Source: Eledone cirrhosa | Lineage: Eukaryota | DNA length: 13,784 nucleotides | Direction: 5' to 3' | Assembly (NCBI GenBank): GCA_964016885.1 | Contig: CAXHJY010000016.1 | Location: 1 to 13,784, forward strand | Shown: positions 9,814 through 13,784 of the stretch, piece after piece | Layout: every line of letters begins with the position of its first letter | Numbering within the stretch: position 1 is the first letter of the stretch | Translations under genes and position numbers: made by a program | The notes under the pieces: generated by a model | What the model was told of the DNA's origin: nothing | Databases searched by the model: none | Seen by the model: only the letters and a program-made list of their open reading frames with translations

Positions 9814-12800
9814 TTCCCTTGCTTTTATCGAGAATCTAATTGTAATACGTGACGTATTCTATTCTATAGCGATTAGGTCTTCAAAATGTTTATTATAAAC
9901 ATACAGAATATTTTCGAATATTCTATGTCTATATTCACATATATATCGCTATTTCAGAGCATTTATTCCAATTTCTAATTTCTGCCGGACCGGCAACCGC
10001 TCTCTCAAACCAGTTCCTGTACACAGCTAAGTATTCTATAAGTCTCTAGCTGTGTCATTCTCGATAAAAGCACTGGATATGTAGTCCTGATGAATTCTAA
10101 CAAGAATGAAACGCGTAGATTACTTCCCTTGCTTTTATCGAGAATCTAATTGTAATACGTGACGTATTCTATTCTATAGCGATTAGGTCTTCAAAATGTT
10201 TATTATAAACATACAGAATATTTTCGAATATTCTATGTCTATATTCACATATATATCGCTATTTCAGAGCATTTATTCCAATTTCTAATTTCTGCCGGAC
10301 CGGCAACCGCTCTTTCAAACCAGTTCCTGTACACAGCTAAGTATTCTATAAGTCTCTAGCTGTGTCATTCTCGATAAAAGCACTGGATATGTAGTCCTGA
10401 TGAATTCTAACAAGAATGAAACGCGTAGATTACTTCCCTTGCTTTTATCGAGAATCTAATTGTAATACGTGACGTATTCTATTCTATAGCGATTAGGTCT
10501 TCAAAATGTTTATTATAAACATACAGAATATTTTCGAATATTCTATGTCTATATTCACATATATATCGCTATTTCAGAGCATTTATTCCAATTTCTAATT
10601 TCTGCCGGACCGGCAACCGCTCTTTCAAACCAGTTCCTGTACACAGCTAAGTATTCTATAAGTCTCTAGCTGTGTCATTCTCGATAAAAGCACTGGATAT
10701 GTAGTCCTGATGAATTCTAACAAGAATGAAACGCGTAGATTACTTCCCTTGCTTTTATCGAGAATCTAATTGTAATACGTGACGTATTCTATTCTATAGC
10801 GATTAGGTCTTCAAAATGTTTATTATAAACATACAGAATATTTTCGAATATTCTATGTCTATATTCACATATATATCGCTATTTCAGAGCATTTATTCCA
10901 ATTTCTAATTTCTGCCGGACCGGCAACCGCTCTTTCAAACCAGTTCCTGTACACAGCTAAGTATTCTATAAGTCTCTAGCTGTGTCATTCTCGATAAAAG
11001 CACTGGATATGTAGTCCTGATGAATTCTAACAAGAATGAAACGCGTAGATTACTTCCCTTGCTTTTATCGAGAATCTAATTGTAATACGTGACGTATTCT
11101 ATTCTATAGCGATTAGGTCTTCAAAATGTTTATTATAAACATACAGAATATTTTCGAATATTCTATGTCTATATTCACATATATATCGCTATTTCAGAGC
11201 ATTTATTCCAATTTCTAATTTCTGCCGGACCGGCAACCGCTCTTTCAAACCAGTTCCTGTACACAGCTAAGTATTCTATAAGTCTCTAGCTGTGTCATTC
11301 TCGATAAAAAGCACTGGATATGTAGTCCTGATGAATTCTAACAAGAATGAAACGCGTAGATTACTTCCCTTGCTTTTATCGAGAATCTAATTGTAATACG
11401 TGACGTATTCTATTCTATAGCGATTAGGTCTTCAAAATGTTTATTATAAACATACAGAATATTTTCGAATATTCTATGTCTATATTCACATATATATCGC
11501 TATTTCAGAGCATTTATTCCAATTTCTAATTTCTGCCGGACCGGCAACCGCTCTTTCAAACCAGTTCCTGTACACAGCTAAGTATTCTATAAGTCTCTAG
11601 CTGTGTCATTCTCGATAAAAGCACTGGATATGTAGTCCTGATGAATTCTAACAAGAATGAAACGCGTAGATTACTTCCCTTGCTTTTATCGAGAATCTAA
11701 TTGTAATACGTGACGTATTCTATTCTATAGCGATTAGGTCTTCAAAATGTTTATTATAAACATACAGAATATTTTCGAATATTCTATGTCTATATTCACA
11801 TATATATCGCTATTTCAGAGCATTTATTCCAATTTCTAATTTCTGCCGGACCGGCAACCGCTCTTTCAAACCAGTTCCTGTACACAGCTAAGTATTCTAT
11901 AAGTCTCTAGCTGTGTCATTCTCGATAAAAGCACTGGATATGTAGTCCTGATGAATTCTAACAAGAATGAAACGCGTAGATTACTTCCCTTGCTTTTATC
12001 GAGAATCTAATTGTAATACGTGACGTATTCTATTCTATAGCGATTAGGTCTTCAAAATGTTTATTATAAACATACAGAATATTTTCGAATATTCTATGTC
12101 TATATTCACATATATATCGCTATTTCAGAGCATTTATTCCAATTTCTAATTTCTGCCGGACCGGCAACCGCTCTTTCAAACCAGTTCCTGTACACAGCTA
12201 AGTATTCTATAAGTCTCTAGCTGTGTCATTCTCGATAAAAGCACTGGATATGTAGTCCTGATGAATTCTAACAAGAATGAAACGCGTAGATTACTTCCCT
12301 TGCTTTTATCGAGAATCTAATTGTAATACGTGACGTATTCTATTCTATAGCGATTAGGTCTTCAAAATGTTTATTATAAACATACAGAATATTTTCGAAT
12401 ATTCTATGTCTATATTCACATATATATCGCTATTTCAGAGCATTTATTCCAATTTCTAATTTCTGCCGGACCGGCAACCGCTCTTTCAAACCAGTTCCTG
12501 TACACAGCTAAGTATTCTATAAGTCTCTAGCTGTGTCATTCTCGATAAAAGCACTGGATATGTAGTCCTGATGAATTCTAACAAGAATGAAACGCGTAGA
12601 TTACTTCCCTTGCTTTTATCGAGAATCTAATTGTAATACGTGACGTATTCTATTCTATAGCGATTAGGTCTTCAAAATGTTTATTATAAACATACAGAAT
12701 ATTTTCGAATATTCTATGTCTATATTCACATATATATCGCTATTTCAGAGCATTTATTCCAATTTCTAATTTCTGCCGGACCGGCAACCGCTCTTTCAAA

Positions 12801-13693
12801 CCAGTTCCTGTACACAGCTAAGTATTCTATAAGTCTCTAGCTGTGTCATTCTCGATAAAAGCACTGGATATGTAGTCCTGATGAATTCTAACAAGAATGA
12901 AACGCGTAGATTACTTCCCTTGCTTTTATCGAGAATCTAATTGTAATACGTGACGTATTCTATTCTATAGCGATTAGGTCTTCAAAATGTTTATTATAAA
13001 CATACAGAATATTTTCGAATATTCTATGTCTATATTCACATATATATCGCTATTTCAGAGCATTTATTCCAATTTCTAATTTCTGCCGGACCGGCAACCG
13101 CTCTTTCAAACCAGTTCCTGTACACAGCTAAGTATTCTATAAGTCTCTAGCTGTGTCATTCTCGATAAAAGCACTGGATATGTAGTCCTGATGATTTCTA
13201 ACAAGAATGAAACGCGTAGATTACTTCCCTTGCTTTTATCGAGAATCTAATTGTAATACGTGACGTATTCTATTCTATAGCGATTAGGTCTTCAAAATGT
13301 TTATTATAAACATACAGAATATTTTCGAATATTCTATGTCTATATTCACATATATATCGCTATTTCAGAGCATTTATTCCAATTTCTAATTTCTGCCGGA
13401 CCGGCAACCGCTCTTTCAAACCAGTTCCTGTACACAGCTAAGTATTCTATAAGTCTCTAGCTGTGTCATTCTCGATAAAAGCACTGGATATGTAGTCCTG
13501 ATGATTTCTAACAAGAATGAAACGCGTAGATTACTTCCCTTGCTTTTATCGAGAATCTAATTGTAATACGTGACGTATTCTATTCTATAGCGATTAGGTC
13601 TTCAAAATGTTTATTATAAACATACAGAATATTTTCGAATATTCTATGTCTATATTCACATATATATCGCTATTTCAGAGCATTTATTCCAAT

Positions 13694-13784
13694 TTCTAAT
13701 TTCTGCCGGACCGGCAACCGCTCTTTCAAACCAGTTCCTGTACACAGCTAATTCTAATTTCTGCCGGACCGGCAACCGCTCTTT
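13694..13784 (+). repeat. Short 58-bp-period unit at the distal end of the array
   Basis: After TACACAGCTAA (ends 13751) the sequence restarts at TTCTAATTTCTGCCGG, repeating 13694 onward. Confidence 0.8.

Larger units (their letters stand above)
9369..13784 (+). mobile_element. Right arm of the 310-bp hammerhead tandem array, at least 14.2 units, ribozyme sense on the plus strand, running off the window
   Basis: Reverse complement of the left-arm unit. ACCGGCAACCGC recurs at 9369, 9679, 9989, 10299, 10609, 10919, 11229, 11540, 11850, 12160, 12470, 12780, 13090, 13400 and 13710. Confidence 0.9.

Noticed and set aside
9747-9835. 16-bp inverted repeat as MITE terminal inverted repeats
   Set aside because: There is no flanking target-site duplication, and the repeat exactly extends hammerhead stem I.
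9844-9924. CRE-like TGACGT and box-B-like TTCGAAT as a promoter
   Set aside because: Short matches that fall inside hairpins. There is no proper GTTCRANNC box B or box A, so no promoter can be supported.
11306-11310. Extra A in the 16-bp helix of one unit
   Set aside because: A single homopolymer indel, plausibly a sequencing error.
6803-13784. CRISPR array, or 5S/tRNA/snRNA gene cluster
   Set aside because: Units are identical with no unique spacers and no cas genes. No cloverleaf, 5S or snRNA similarity is recognisable.

Overview
Eukaryotic, repeat-only window with no intact cellular gene; the LINE tail and TA/TACA arrays suggest a cephalopod such as Octopus (inference). In order: a short imperfect duplication (40-269); a 1.65-kb TA/TACA microsatellite (526-2182); a decayed minus-strand Penelope-like (PLE) remnant with a degenerate type I hammerhead ribozyme (2213-2259) and a weak GIY-YIG trace; a 5'-truncated CR1-group LINE whose RT ORF has one in-frame stop (3266-5643); a second TA/TACA microsatellite (5644-6802); and a ~7-kb array of a near-invariant 310-bp unit. 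Each full unit encodes a type I hammerhead ribozyme (GUAGUC-CUGAUGA-AUUCU-AACA-AGAAU-GAA-ACGCGU-A/GAUUAC) within a hairpin-rich sequence, i.e. a non-LTR retrozyme or ribozyme satellite with 22 hammerheads. The array flips at 9369-9370: about 8.3 units read on the minus strand and at least 14.2 on the plus strand, joined head-to-head at two internal palindromes, with three private variants mirrored in the two innermost units. The long Y/I/H/T/M/C/V ORFs in the track are microsatellite artefacts.
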